From Trypanosoma brucei (Eukaryota): a stretch of 64,000 nt of DNA. Positions within the stretch are counted from its first letter, which is position 1. Each line of letters opens with the position of its first letter. Made by a program: the position numbers and the translations under genes. The stretch is from positions 4,672,001 to 4,736,000 of the forward strand of contig CH464491.1 in assembly GCA_000002445.1 (NCBI GenBank), in the 5' to 3' direction. Below, one piece after another: positions 23,991-37,034 of the stretch. A model generated the notes under the pieces. The model saw nothing but the letters and a program-made list of their open reading frames with translations, made no database searches and was not told the DNA's origin.

Positions 23991-24773
23991 GTGAATGTAC
24001 AACGAATCGCACACTCAAAATAATGACTTTCCATCAAATAAATAGTGAACTGGACACCTCGGCTTCTTGCACAGAAACCTTCATACAATCGTATCTGTGC
24101 GCACCTTATGTAACAAATGGTAGAGAAAAATTAGGAGAATACATGAAAAGGTGAAAGGGGCGTCGACGATTAAGAAAAAAAAATATTTCGGGCACATCAC
24201 TCAGTGTAAAATATTAAACACAATATGTGACATCCATCTGGTAGAAATGAAAACCGTAAACGACACGCTCTGTAGGAAATTACGGTTAGGCAGCTAAGTA
24301 TTAATATCTGATGTAAACAATGTTGCAATGTTTTCATTAACACATATGTGCTTCTACAAAAAATGCATATCGTATCTAATGTTAACATCGTTAAGTAATA
24401 AAAAAAACGAATTAAAGTAACCAAATTTTAAAAAGGGATCATACGCTCGTTGTTAACTGTGCTTACTGCCGAGAGGTTAATTTTGATAGAGTCCACAACC
24501 CTCCTAACACAGAGTTATACCGTGACATCACCTGCCGTGATTATTTGTTTCCACACTCTTTTGTTGATGTTTTCCCCGTTTACTCTTCTCCTTCCTCTCT
24601 TTTATTGATTTCCCACAGCCGCTCTTTCATGATTTACATCCATGTCGGTTACTTCCCCTCCCCGCAATATTTTCAATAGCTAACATAGCGACGGTATTAA
24701 CATTAAATTGCACAAGGTAATGTTTCATACTGTTGGCCCAAAATAAATGAACATATTTGCGATCTTCCTCACT

Positions 24774-25545
24774 TCATTTGCCCGCTGTATCGTTGCACAA
24801 TTGTTGGCGTCTCATCTTTCTGACGGCAACATGCTGAGCACAAATAACTCCCCACCCAAATTCATTCATAAAATTTCCCAAAAACATATCCCTATTCGCA
24901 TCACATGTTAGAAGGACAGGATTCTCGAGCATATTAAGGGCTGTTCCTGTTTTGTTATCATGTGATCCAGCAGTTTGGAATTGCAACATCACCACCGTTT
25001 ATTTTTCGTTGATTTTCAACTTCGGTGGTTGTGTCGCAATCCACAACAAACAAGGTATCAAATAGTGGGAAAATGGGTGGGAACCCGTAAAGTTGCATGG
25101 TGTGTGGAGAGTTGATTGTTCCCTCATGGATATTTGGAAGGCGCTGTGCTTTACCGAAGTTCAGGAAAATATCGCTCAGGCGGTTCAACACGCTGACATC
25201 CTGCATCGTTTCCTGTTTCCACTCCGCGGTTGCGGGCAATGACCCTATCATGTCAATAAAAGGAAATAATACCCTGGGAAAATCGAAAGCACTTGCGGCA
25301 TCACCTTCAAAACACAAGACAAAACTGATCTGTATATGAGTGACTCTCCTCACACAATGTTGTCGTGCAACGTCTCTGCGCGACTGGAAAGTTACCACCC
25401 TCAATGCGGATTCAAAGTGCAGCGTGCACACATACGTTTCGGAATCTCCTGTACGATAGATGCGACCAAGGTTGATGAATTTATGCAGCAGCAGTCTTCC
25501 AATCCATTTGCCATATGGGCGCAACGTTCCAAGATACAACACAGA
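24774..25545 (-). pseudogene. C-terminal fragment of an unidentified protein-coding gene (not VSG or ingi), frameshifted, truncated on its 5' side by the ingi #4 insertion
   Basis: ORF 24958..25701(-) reads …YVCTLHFESALRVVTFQSRRDVARQHCVRRVTHIQISFVLCFEGDAASAFDFPRVLFPFIDMIGSLPATAEWKQETMQDVSVLNRLSDIFLNFGKAQRLPNIHEGTINSPHTMQLYGFPPIFPLFDTLFVVDCDTT… and continues in another frame as ORF 24774..24995(-). I cannot assign a family from sequence alone. Confidence 0.35.
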
Positions 25546-25546
25546 C

Positions 25547-25566
25547 ATATATATATATATATATAT
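25547..25566. repeat. (AT)10 dinucleotide microsatellite
   Basis: ATATATATATATATATATAT. Confidence 0.9.
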
Positions 25567-25640
25567 GCATGCATGAACTCCTATAAAATATGCGGTAACA
25601 GGCAATACTCTGGCATCATGCTTTAGTTTGTGAAGGAGAA

Positions 25641-28600
25641 TTTTTTTTTTTANAATTTTCTTCGTGCCTTCGTGGGAGTTTCCCCCCACTGGCGCGGCCA
25701 TCAGCCATCACTGTAGATCCCTGAGATGCTATCGATCTGGCGACTGTGGCAGAGTCTCCATTTTTTTTTCGGCCTAACACACTCTCTATAATTTTTGTTG
25801 TAGCTCCGCAGTTGAACGGAATACAGCAGATGGGGCGAGAAGTCTCCCACCCCAGACTCTCCCAAAGATGTCAATTAGCAATCCTTTTGTTTTGATTTTT
25901 GTTATTCGTTTATTATTCTCTTCCCCTATTTCTGTTTCTGTTGCTTGTTGACTGTATACCCCCTCTGTCTCTGAGGGTGTCTGGACTATTCCTGCGTCCG
26001 GTGCTTTTCCTGCTGGCTCCACACTCGGCAATAAGGGGGGAAGTTGCAGAAGGGAAAGTGGGTTGTATGACTTTTACCTTAGGTGAGGACTTCACCTGTG
26101 GCCGGCTCCGTTCAACCGCAATGAGAAACTGTGCCAGCCTTTTAGAGAAACATACATCCTGCACACACACACCTTCTACCGCAAACCTGACACGTAACTC
26201 CTTCAAACCGGGACAGCTCATCAGGTGCAGCGACGTTTCTTCGCAGTCGCCGCGTTGGCTCGTAACAGTGCGCTCTGCCCCCATACCGTGCATCTTCTTT
26301 TGATGTAGGGTGAGGCCAGTTTTGCTAGCACACTGCCTTCCGCATGTCTGGCACACCAACATGGATGTGTTTGTATGCGGGGAATCAGTGGCACCCAATT
26401 TTGTGATTTTGCTGCATTTAAGCTCGACTCCCTCACCTTAGTGGAAAGCCTTACAGTGTCGGATGAGGGAGGCCCCGCAACTGAGCACTTTTTTGGCACA
26501 CACCACACTGCACCTCGCCCTTCCCCGGGACGTCAACGTTTCCCTCACGGGCACGCTTACGAGGGAATTGCACCAACACCACGGTACCGTCCTCCGTCAC
26601 TATGCTTTTATGTTTGAATTTCTTGTGTAGTGACAGGGAAGAGCGTGTACCGAAGCTCGCCTCGCACAGGTCACATTGAAACGGCAGCTTCCGTGTATCC
26701 TGAGAGGCTGGCGCTGCTGGGGCTCTACCATCTCCTTGCACTGAGTCTTCGTTTTCTCGCCCCCTTTTCACGCGGCAACTACCGCTGCCTATGCCATGTA
26801 TTGTTCTAAGGTGGTGTAATAGTCGGCCTGGCACTGCGAATTTGTAGGCACAGAGGGTACAATGAAGCACCTGCGGTCTCATCGGGACTCGTGTGCTCGA
26901 TGGTAGAGGAACGATCGCCACCACTGGAAGGGGCTCCGGGGGGATGTCCACTGCAGGTCTTGCATCGCCGTATTTGATCCTCCGGAGGGCATCAGCTCGC
27001 ACAAAGCCATGTTTGTTTACCATGTGCGTTACAGCACTCGAGCGGCATTGGTATGTGGCATCACATTCCGTACATTTGGTGGATTCGGAGGTTCTCTGAA
27101 GAGTGCGTGTCGCAACAGGTGTGGTTGTTTGTATTGTTGGCCCTATCGCTGCATGTTGCGGGTTACACCATCGGCACTGTGGAGGCACACTCGGGTTGAT
27201 CTTTCGCAACATCCATCCATAGTGTCTTGAAGACCCAACCCGAAAGCGTGCCAGTGCCGTTTCTTCTTCCCTCGTCAGTTCTTCCTTATTTTTTGTTGGA
27301 AAGTGGTTGCCTGTAATACCAAACCTATGAGTGTTCTCATGGACTTCTTCCGACCTAAGCACTCGCTTCGCGTAAGCAATGATGTCCGTTATCCATGTGT
27401 CTCGCAACTGTGGTAAATCAGCGGCCTTTTTGGCCATGTCATCACAAACCTCATTCCGTTTCACGCCACAATGGCCAAATACAAATTGCAGTCGGATACG
27501 CATCTTCCTTCTCTGAACTTGAAGCAGAAGCCTCCATAGTCGTCTCAGAATTGGGTCCGTTACTGCTAGGGGGCCTGTCTGCAGTGCTGTTAACATTGAC
27601 AGCGAGTCAGAGAAGATGGACAACCTGCTCGGTGTGCTTCTGTATGCCGGAAGCCATTTCAGCAGCCGTTGCAGTCCTATCTCTAATGCTACGCATTCCG
27701 CTCTGTAACTGCATGAGAGTTCCCCTGCTCCTGTCTTGGGTGCACAAATCAGCGTGTTGTTTCTATAGAGCAGGGCAGCTGCTCCGGACTTCTCACCGAG
27801 GGACACGGATCCATCAGTCCACAATTCGTGGTGCTCTCGCCGCGGTGGCTCCTTCCCCCTCCGTGCAAAATTCCGTTCAATCCACTTTTCGGAAGCCTCC
27901 CTTTTGACATCGTCAGGGTCATCAGCGCACACAGGCTTTATCTGCGTGTGAAATATCGGTCGGCAGCTGTGGCGGAGCGTCGATGTCTCTAGTGGGTGCT
28001 CGCGTGGCTCAATGCGGAGGTGGGGGTAGGCCAGCATGATGCGGGAATGTAAGACTCGGCTTGGGTGTTTGCTGTGGTATACTTTTTCAGCACTGCGCCG
28101 AAAAACATCGGCCTCGTGACTCACACATCAGCATGAATTTCATGCTGCGCACAAGAGTGGTCGTCTTGAGTGGCAGGAGGTTTGCTTCCAGCAGAGAGTC
28201 CTCTTTGCGCGTCCCATGTGGTATGCCGGCTATGATGCGACTGGCTTTGTGTTGTGCTGATGCAAGGAGGTCGCGACTTCGTTCCGAAGCGTCCCAGTAC
28301 CATACCTCAATGCCATACATGGTGTGTGCCTGTACGAGTGCTAGATAAAAAGCTCTCAGTACTTGTCGTCTTAGCCCCCATGTAGAAGCTGAGATGGCTG
28401 CTATCTGCAGTAGTCTGAAATCCATCTTGCGTCTCGTTTTGGCCGCATGTGTTGCCATCCCTTGCAGACTCTGGAATGTTACTCCTAGAAGCTTCGGTGT
28501 CCTGTCAGCTCCTATTCTTTCGCCGTCCAGTTGTAATGTAAGGGGGTGACGCTCTATACACCCGAAGAGTGTGCACTTTGTTTTCGCTACGTTGACAGAC

Positions 28601-30791
28601 ATGAAGTACTCTTTTGACCACCGTAACACCACGTTTAGACCGCATTGTAGTGTGTGGTTGATGACATCCCTCTCTGTGTGCCTCGCAAGTAGCGTCAGGT
28701 CGTCTGCAAAGAATCCGTGCTGCAGTAACGGCACTTCTGCAAGGCGTTGGCTCAACGAGTTCATGACAATAATGAACATGATTGGGCCAAGTACAGTTCC
28801 TTGTGGCACTCCTCGCTCAAATGTTCTGCTGCTGGAAAGCTTCTCCTTGAATCTCACTCTGCCAGTTCGGTTACTCAGAAATGATACGCACCACTTCACA
28901 ATGGGGTTATACCTTCATTCTGTGCATTTCCCTCGCAATTTTGTCGTGGTCTACTGTATCAAATGCCTTCTCGTAGTCAACGAATACAGCACCCGTACGA
29001 TATTGGTGCGTGGGACGGCAGAGGGCAGCGCGGATGTGCAGGAGTTGTTCGAGCGTTGAGCATCCGTGGCAAAAGCCTGATTGCTGCGTCGTCAGCTGGG
29101 ACTCAACAGTGTCTCTAAGCCTCGCGGCAATTATGCGCTCCATGACTTTGCAGAGACAGCTCGTGGGCGTCACAGGCCTGTAAGAATCGAGGTCCTCCGC
29201 CTTTTTTCCGGCATTCAGGATGGGGATGATAACACCAGTCTTCCATGCAGGCGGCACGACTCCCGTTCGTAGGCTCTCATTGAATAGCCTCAGAACAACA
29301 TTCAGCGCTGTTCTACCGAGGTGTTGCAGTGCCTCGTTGTATAAGCAATCAGGTCCGGCTGCGGATCCACTCGGTAGCAGTTTGATCGATCTCCGTAGTT
29401 CAGCCATCGTGATGAGACTGAACTCACTCGCTATCGTCTTTATTGGTGCCGGTGTTGTTAGTGGTCATTGCGCATATACCTTCTTGACAATGTGGCAACT
29501 GCAGCGGTCTGACACCGCAAGTCTGGAGCATAGCGTGCTCCATCTCTTCTTTGTGGTACGGTCCAGGACCTGCTTACCCGTGGCTACCAACTTTTCCCTT
29601 CGGTAGGAGGGTCCGCATCCAGCGATCTATTCATAGAGTTTCGCGAGCTCAGGTGTCCAATGTGGTGGCGTTACTCTGCAGCCACGGGGGACGGAGACCT
29701 TCGTTGCAATGCGGATGGCGGAGCTCAATTTCTGTTCCAGGGTGTTGACGTTCTTCTCTCTACCAATTTTCCTGCAGAGCTCGTCAACCTTGAGACGGAA
29801 ATTCCTCCAGTCAGCTTTTAGCCATGCGTACATGGGCTTTCGAAGCCGCGGGCAACTCAGTGCATCTGTGTCGTCTCCAACGATAACCTCGAAAAATATG
29901 TGATGGTGATCGCTATCGGAAGAATACAGCGATGCCCACGTGTACACTGTACAATTCCTTGACAGTGTCACATCAGGGGTGGACTCCCCGTGGTGGCGTG
30001 TGTAAATGGTGCACTCACCAGTGTTGCAGACCAGAAACTGGTTGTCAATGCACCACTGTGTGAGGGTTTCACCCTTGGTATTTGGTGGGCTCGCGCGATC
30101 CCATGCCAACCCGTGTGCGTTAGCGTCTGCACCGATGAGAGCTGGGCACCGTCAGTCGTCAGAAGCGTATCTAGGTCATTTGCCGTGAAGGTGTGTTTTG
30201 GTGGGATGTATGCCGACGTGACAGTCAGCGCCGTTCCACGTGCAAGGTGAATTGTTGCATGCACTTGTTCAATGCGACCAACAACGGCTATACCGGTCTC
30301 GACTGGTAGGTCCCCCCTCACTAGTATTGATACACCACCTCCTTTGCAGTTACGAGCTATTCCGTGATGTTGGTAGCCAGCAACGCTAAAGCAACCCGCC
30401 CTTTCAGGCGTCATCCTTGTCTCACTCAACAAACAAAAGGCGATCCGCTCATCAACAAGGGTTTTGTGGAGTGCTAATCTCTTTCCTTGAGATAGCCCGG
30501 CGCAGTTCCACTGCATCCCGCGCAACGACGGGCTGGGATTCTCTTCCATATCACCGGACAGCAGCATCTTAGTGCGGATGATACTGCTGATGGCACGCTG
30601 GCACGTGCCCAGGGACCGACAAATGAAAAACGGTGTCCCAGCAAGACGCTGCTGATCCCTGTGCTGTATGATGCCGTAGCCGGAGCACAGCAGTGTTCCC
30701 CATGAAAGGAATGCTGCTGGCTCTTGCTTTCCCCGATGATACGGGGTACTGGACCCTGGAACCACGTTGAGGTGGCCGGCATCGCCAGGGA
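25641..30791 (-). mobile_element. ingi #4, full length (~5.15 kb), minus strand, degenerate
   Basis: T11 at 25641-25651 precedes the reverse-complemented ingi 3' end. The 5' end is CGCCAGGG at 30784-30791 (reverse complement CCCTGGCGATGCCGGCCACC). ORFs are 25913..26398, 26451..28124 (557 aa), 28087..28899, 28907..29407, 29627..30109 and 29968..30891(-). A 2-bp insertion sits near 30147. Confidence 0.9.
30529..30552 (-). other. Mutated 2A-like motif in ingi #4: DMEENPSP (the Gly of NPGP replaced by Ser)
   Basis: The reverse complement GACATGGAAGAGAATCCCAGCCCG encodes DMEENPSP in ORF 29968..30891(-). Confidence 0.7.
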
Positions 30792-31327
30792 CCGTGAGGG
30801 GAACCGCCCAACCCGTGGTAGGGTTGTTCGATGCTTTCCGACTTGCAGCCGCTCTTTCCATGGTGATAGCATCTTGGTCTGAAATCGCCAATTTTAGCTC
30901 GTATTTCCGAGCTGCTTTCCTTGCCAGCCTTTAAATGGTCTTCCAAACATAATCGAAGCGGCGTAAATATTGCCTATTCAATCGTTACCTGATCCATTTT
31001 AGCGACAAAGTCTCCACATCCACCTGTTGTAACGGTAACTCCTGTTTCTCAGTATCAGAGGCCACCTTGGTTTGATGGGTGCGTCGGAGAATGCTGTGTC
31101 CCTGAAATAAAGGTCCTGTCCTCTTATTCCTCCTCGTTGGATTTGGAACCTTCCACAGTGACGTAGCCCACTTCCCCTCCGTTTCTACATGAGCGCCGTT
31201 AAATCTACTGACTTGTTTAGTACTGCCACGGACGGTCCCAAATAGCTAACAGTGCTCCGACGAAATTCCATGGGGTCCGTGTGTTTTTCCATCTGGGCAA
31301 GAATGCATGGATAGAGGTCTTTTTGTA

Positions 31328-33122
31328 TCACCGCTGCGGAAACATGAGGTAGAGACCCCCTTTTATAGAATGTACTGTCATTCCGTAAGGTTTCAGAATG
31401 TTTTCCATGCCTCTTGTGCTGATGGTGGTTATTTTTTCTTCATCCGCCCTCTGCCTTACGACTTTCTTCAACTTTTTGGCGTCCTCGCAGGCGATGACCG
31501 CATATCTCGCTGCTCTGTGAATGTCCAACTTGAAGGTCTTTGGGAGGATCACCCAGTCGACGATCAGTGCTCCCTCGACCTAAGGATGAGCGACAAAATT
31601 TTCCTTTTGCAGAGAAGCAATCTCTCCCCAACGGCTGGCAGTGACCCAAGCCAGACGCATGGCTACTCGATCTCTTTCCAGTTCCGTTGTGTCGACTATC
31701 ATGTCCAACTCCTACCTCTGCATGGGGCGGGCCTGCTTTATTGATTTTTCACCACTTTTCTCTGCAAACCCGACAAAAAGATTCTTTCTGGCGTCTTTCA
31801 CTCCACTAGCATCGACAAAAGAGTTCTTGTACACCTCACGGCGCTGCTTTTGGCCAGTTCCAAACTCACAATGAAGATGGGAACATTCTCTTTGCTTGGC
31901 TCCACGTTGTGTTTTGCCGCAAACTCGCAGAATCTTCTGAGAATCGACCGCCGCTGCTCCCAAGTTGACTGTCTCCTCATGACCCTTGCTATGCAATTCG
32001 ATTATGAAGCCCACACCACCATAACCCGATCGTGGGTGGGTGGTTTTATAATGATAACTTCGTTTACCGGTGTTTTCATAGGGAGTAAAACTGTGGATGC
32101 CATTTCTCTTGCTGGCTCTCTTCCCTCTGTGTCCTCCTCTACCCTCGGACATTTCCCAGCATTTCTCCTTTCACTGTCATACACTTGAGGGTCCTTGGCC
32201 CCGTAACCCTGGCCTCCTTAACGAAACATAACGTACTGTAGTGCCACAACTTCCCACATCGGAAGCATCGTATTGTGCAAACTCGGGGAGTCGGTTTTTG
32301 AACTTTTAGGTATGCTTGATGGTATGGATCCTCGTCCCTCCTTGAGTCATGTAGTGCCTTTGCCAACGCTTCCACTCGCACCCCCGGGTGGGCTCTCGCC
32401 GTTTGCAAGACTAGAAGATAAGTGTGAATCGACCTCCCGACTGTTATCCCACCTTCTGAGGGGCCTTCTGCTCCCAATGCAGTTATCCATGTCGCAAATC
32501 GGTCCCAGACGCATTATAACCCGTAATCCGATTTTTGTGCTAACGGAAACAGTTATTTGTGTGCAACTAAAAAACTGTTCCGGTGATATTTCCGTCATGT
32601 ATTCGATCTTCCCTTTAAACGTCCGTATATTTTCTTCAGAGGGAAAACCCTTGTCCACAAAGCTATTTTTTAACCGCCGAATGCCTCTGATTCCCACCTT
32701 GGGGTTCCGTAATTCTGTACCGCTTGATTTCTGTACCAACTATGATTTGTATGACTCAAAAGGGAACTTTATTTCTATTCTACCTTTTCCTTTCGATCTG
32801 ATTCATTCTTCACTCTCTCTTGTTCGAAAACTGGATCCGTTTTATGTGTGGCATCCGTATTTGCTAATATCTTCCAGTGGTGTAACTCAGCTGTTATCGA
32901 TTCAATGACAACGTCCAACCTATTGATATGGAAGAGCATCTGTTCCATTTCCACTCTCAAAGCACAATTTTCTTGCATGAATCTTTCAACTTGCCCATTC
33001 AGTTCCATCGACTGGTTTTGCATTCTCCATCGCTCATCATTCATTTGTGCTCTTGTCATTTCGTACTGTTGGTATAAATTAGACTTATTTGCCTCTAGTG
33101 CTAGACATTCGTTACAAAACAT
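31328..33122 (-). pseudogene. Degenerate Gag-like retroelement remnant: coiled-coil segment, CCHC zinc knuckle (CFRCGKLWHYSTLC) and downstream fragmented ORFs
   Basis: A minus-strand series of collinear frameshifted ORFs: 32775..33122, 32347..32739, 32139..32477 (C-x2-C-x4-H-x4-C at 32226-32267), 31712..32152 and 31328..31552. There is no VSG, ingi or 70-bp signature. Confidence 0.4.
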
Positions 33123-33699
33123 CTATTTTCTTCGAACATAGGCAACAATTCAATGTTTTAGGGCATATTGAAGGAAACAAACGAGGTCCGTAAATCGACG
33201 AAATTTACCTGCCCATTGTCAAAAATCACTCGAAGCTCTCCATTGTCAAGCCTCACCAAACCGTCTACGTGTACCGCTGTATTTCCAAAAGGGGGACGAT
33301 AGTCGAATGAAAATGCAGTCCGACCGCACTATTCCTCAAAAGCCCTTATTTCTTTCAAACTTATTTTCCATTCGGCATCCAATATAGTTGGAGTGGTTTT
33401 CGTTAGCATCTCTCAAAACTTAGAGCGATAACTTACTTTTTAAAAAATTACTTACCTTTTTAAAAAACTGTCCTCCGTAATAGTTTTTCTTTGCATATAT
33501 AAGAAAGGAAAGAACGAATAACAAAGAAAGTGGTAAAGATGGACGATTCCTTTCGCAAGCTCCCAACATTTCAAAAATTAGAATAAATACAAATATATAC
33601 AAATTTGGTATAAAAGTGGCTTGTGGGCATAAAATAGTAGATTGATAGAGCACTAAAATAAGTGCCATTCCAATTTAATTTATTTTGTTTATTACATCG

Positions 33700-33875
33700 A
33701 TATTAGATACGGCTATAATAATAATTTTAATAACTAAATTGATAGTATAGTATTGTAAGTGTGTATATACTAATATTATAATAAGAGCAGTAATGATAGT
33801 AATAATAATAATAATGATAATGATAGGAGTGTGTTGTGACTGTGTATATACGAATAATATTGTAATATGAGTGAT
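33700..33875 (+). repeat. 70-bp repeat tract (plus orientation)
   Basis: …GTGTGTATATACTAATATTATAATAAGAGCAGTAATGATAGTAATAATAATAATAATGATAATGATAGGAGTGTGTTGTGACTGTGTATATACGAATAATATTGTAATATGAG. Confidence 0.85.
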
Positions 33876-35287
33876 GGCAGAGAAAATATTTAGAAAAATA
33901 AATAGGAGCACTGAAAATAATGGCATGTGCGATTTCAAAGTGAGTGAAAAAGGGAGTAGAAGAGCTTGAGTTACATTATTAAAGCAAGCTGAAAAATGAA
34001 AGGAGAATGAGATATGGAATATGCGCGGCGTTACGCACAAACATGACTATGTGTATTATCATACACAAATAGAAGATAGAGGGATAAATAATAAAGGTAC
34101 AGAGTTCTTTGTACGGAACAACTGAGGTTTCTAATCTTTTCGCTGTGGCTGCGACGGAATACGAAAAAGGGGGAAATGAAGAAAATAGAGAGTGAAAAAT
34201 GATATGTAAAACATAAAGGTAAAATGATTGATATGTTTCCGATGGAAGCCGTTATTTAAATGAAAAAGGGACAGACTCTATCGAAGATGTGATGGAGACT
34301 GTAGTTTTTCAATCCCGTGGTGGATACTGATGTCCAGTTTGAAGAAGAGATTGGAAAAAGGGATTGGCCAAATGTAAAGTAGATCGAAGTCTTCTCATCA
34401 GATATATTCAATATGGCCAACAGTTTTAGCACCCAACATTATATTATCTGGGATAGGATTTAAAACTAAGAAATACCCGTGGATTAAACTGGAAAACAAA
34501 GGAAAAACAGAAATCTGATAACTGATTAACATAGTACATGTATGAAATGTTAGTGTAGATTAATATGATTTGTTAAAATTTTGCAACGCTGCGCCAAAAT
34601 CCTTACGAAAATACAGGTTATAGATTAATGCCATTCATAAGACTAGAAAATCATATAAGGATAAGAGCAGGCTAAGCTTTAGCGCAGGAAATAAAGGGGT
34701 CTCATAGAAACATAGATTGCAGATCGGACCAAAATTACCAAGCCTTAATAAAAAAAATGCAGCGACCACGTCAAGATGGTAAAATAAAAGCAGAGGGGTA
34801 GAGGCCCGTTTTCGAAAAGAAGAAGACAGGGATCATTTCAGAGTCGTGTAATGACCTACAAAAATTGCACAAAATAGAACAAACTAAAAGCCGCAAAGGT
34901 TGTGAGGTTAGACTAACATAGTAATATTTTTGATGGTTTGCGGTAATGAAGTGCTGGATAAGCTGGGATGAAGATGGTTGCGGTTTTATAGATAACGAGA
35001 AAATATGGCGTAGAGTTTTCAAAGTCTACTTTAACTGGAATTTTGAGTTTAAAACAACTTCAACCCGCTCAGAATCTTAAATCCATAAAATGCAGGATCA
35101 TACATCAACAAGGACTTATAAACAGAAGTAACCACAAAGACCAGTGTGGAGAACACAAAAACAGATAGGTGTAGGAATTTCAGGGGCGAACTTTAAAAAA
35201 TAAACCGGTTTCGCAATCTCTCAGTCATTCATTGCTCCAAAAGACTTTACCAGTAAGCAAGAACTACTAGGGTAGAAAAGGCAACGT

Positions 35288-36833
35288 ATGCGATCAGAAT
35301 TGCTTGGCGCAGCGGTGCTAATAACAAACTTACTCGCGGAGGCCAACAACCCAGGCCACGGACTCAATCAAGCTGCATGGTCAAAAATCTGCGGCCTCGC
35401 GACCGACCTTGGCAAAGTAAGCAACGAGGCCATGCGAAAAGTTACGACCCTCGCGAGTCTAGCTGACCGACTGGAACAAACACAACTAAGGTGCGGCATT
35501 TTCGCGATAACTTCCGAAGATGAAGAGTCAGCAAAACAGGCAAGGATACTTCAGGTCTACTTTAAAAGAAAGGCAAACGCAGCGGCTGCTCAGCTCGGTA
35601 GAGAGGCTGTAGCAGCAGCGGTTAAGGCGACGCATGCAGCCAGCTACGGACAGGGGCGCCTAACAGAATTTTTAGCGATAGCAGTTCAGACAGCCAGCAG
35701 CGGCAAAAGCTGCATATTAGACAACAGCGGTTCGCCGGTAGCTGCGGCCAAAACGCTAACGGAGCGGATGGAGCCACGTGTTCGCTGGAACTGACCGACG
35801 TGACACCTACGCAGTACGAACTCAATTTAATAGACGACAACGGCTTCAAAAATGCACTGCAGCACCAGAGCGGGTCAACAACACACCAAACACATGGTAG
35901 CAAACAGTGCCCGCTTCTAACGGCCCACGCAGCAGGGCTAGCACAAGCTGGCGCCCTAACCGCGGACGCAGAACTGGCGTTCGGCACCATAACCGTCGAC
36001 AGGACCAGCGATTCACACCTGACAATAACAGAGGTCCATAACGTCAAAACAGAAAAGACCGGAAACAAAGCAAACTGGCACAAAGTGTTTACCGCCCTGA
36101 CGGAACTCAAAAACTCGGACCCCAGCAAGAACAACAACAATACAATAACGGCAGACGATACGGACCTACAAGCAGCAGTTCTAGCCATAGCGCTACGCAA
36201 AGAAAAAACTGAGGGAAAAGACATGAAAAAAGAAGTAGAGAAACTGTTCAGTACGAACCCCGCAGACAAAGTGAACAAACTGCTCCAGACAGTGTACAGT
36301 AAAAAAGTGATAATACCCATTAACAACGGCGTAAAGGAACAAGAACTACACGAAGTAAAGGAAATGAGCAAACTCCAAGAAATTCTGGTGTTGTATGCCC
36401 AAGAAAAAGCAGATAAGCTAGTCAAGGTTACCAAGGACTTGGAAGCGGAGAGGCAAAAAACAGCAACCACCAACTTAGGGGAAACTGAATGCAACAAAAT
36501 GAAAATCGAGGCAGACTGCAATAAAACTGCGGGATGTAGTTTTAATAAAACAGAAACTAACGAAAATAAAAGTGTAAATTAGATGCCAAAAAAGCAACAG
36601 CACAGGGAGTCCCTGTAACACAAACTCAAACTGAAGGAACAACAACTGCCGGTGGTAGTGAGGAAAAGAAAAGCGAAGGCGAGCGCAAATATGATTGTAA
36701 ATTGGAGGGTAAAACATGCAGAGATTCCAGTCTTTACGTCAATAAGAAAGTTTCTCTGATGTTCTCTGCTTTTATTAGTTTAGTTGAATTAAAGTATTCT
36801 AAAATTCTAAGAAATTCTATGAAAAGTTTTTGA
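35288..36833 (+). pseudogene. VSG: VSG pseudogene (A-type); frameshift at ~35795; degenerate C-terminus
   Basis: ORFs 35288..35794 (signal peptide MRSELLGAAVLITNLLAEA) and 35800..36582 are in different frames. The C-terminus reads …DCKLEGKTCRDSSLYVNKKVSLMFSAFISLVEL… with a stop at 36831-36833. Confidence 0.75.
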
Positions 36834-37034
36834 AATTTATGAAATGTTTCTATCATGAAAGAATCTTTTTTCCTCTATATGTTACTTAAATTTAATGGAT
36901 TGTAACACTTTTTTATAGAAATATGAAAATAGTAAAATGTACGTGATAGTGAACTATGGGTGCAGAATAATAGGATAAAAGAGTGAGAAAAATAAGCGTT
37001 ATTGCAATTATTTTTTATTGTCTTTTTAACGGAT

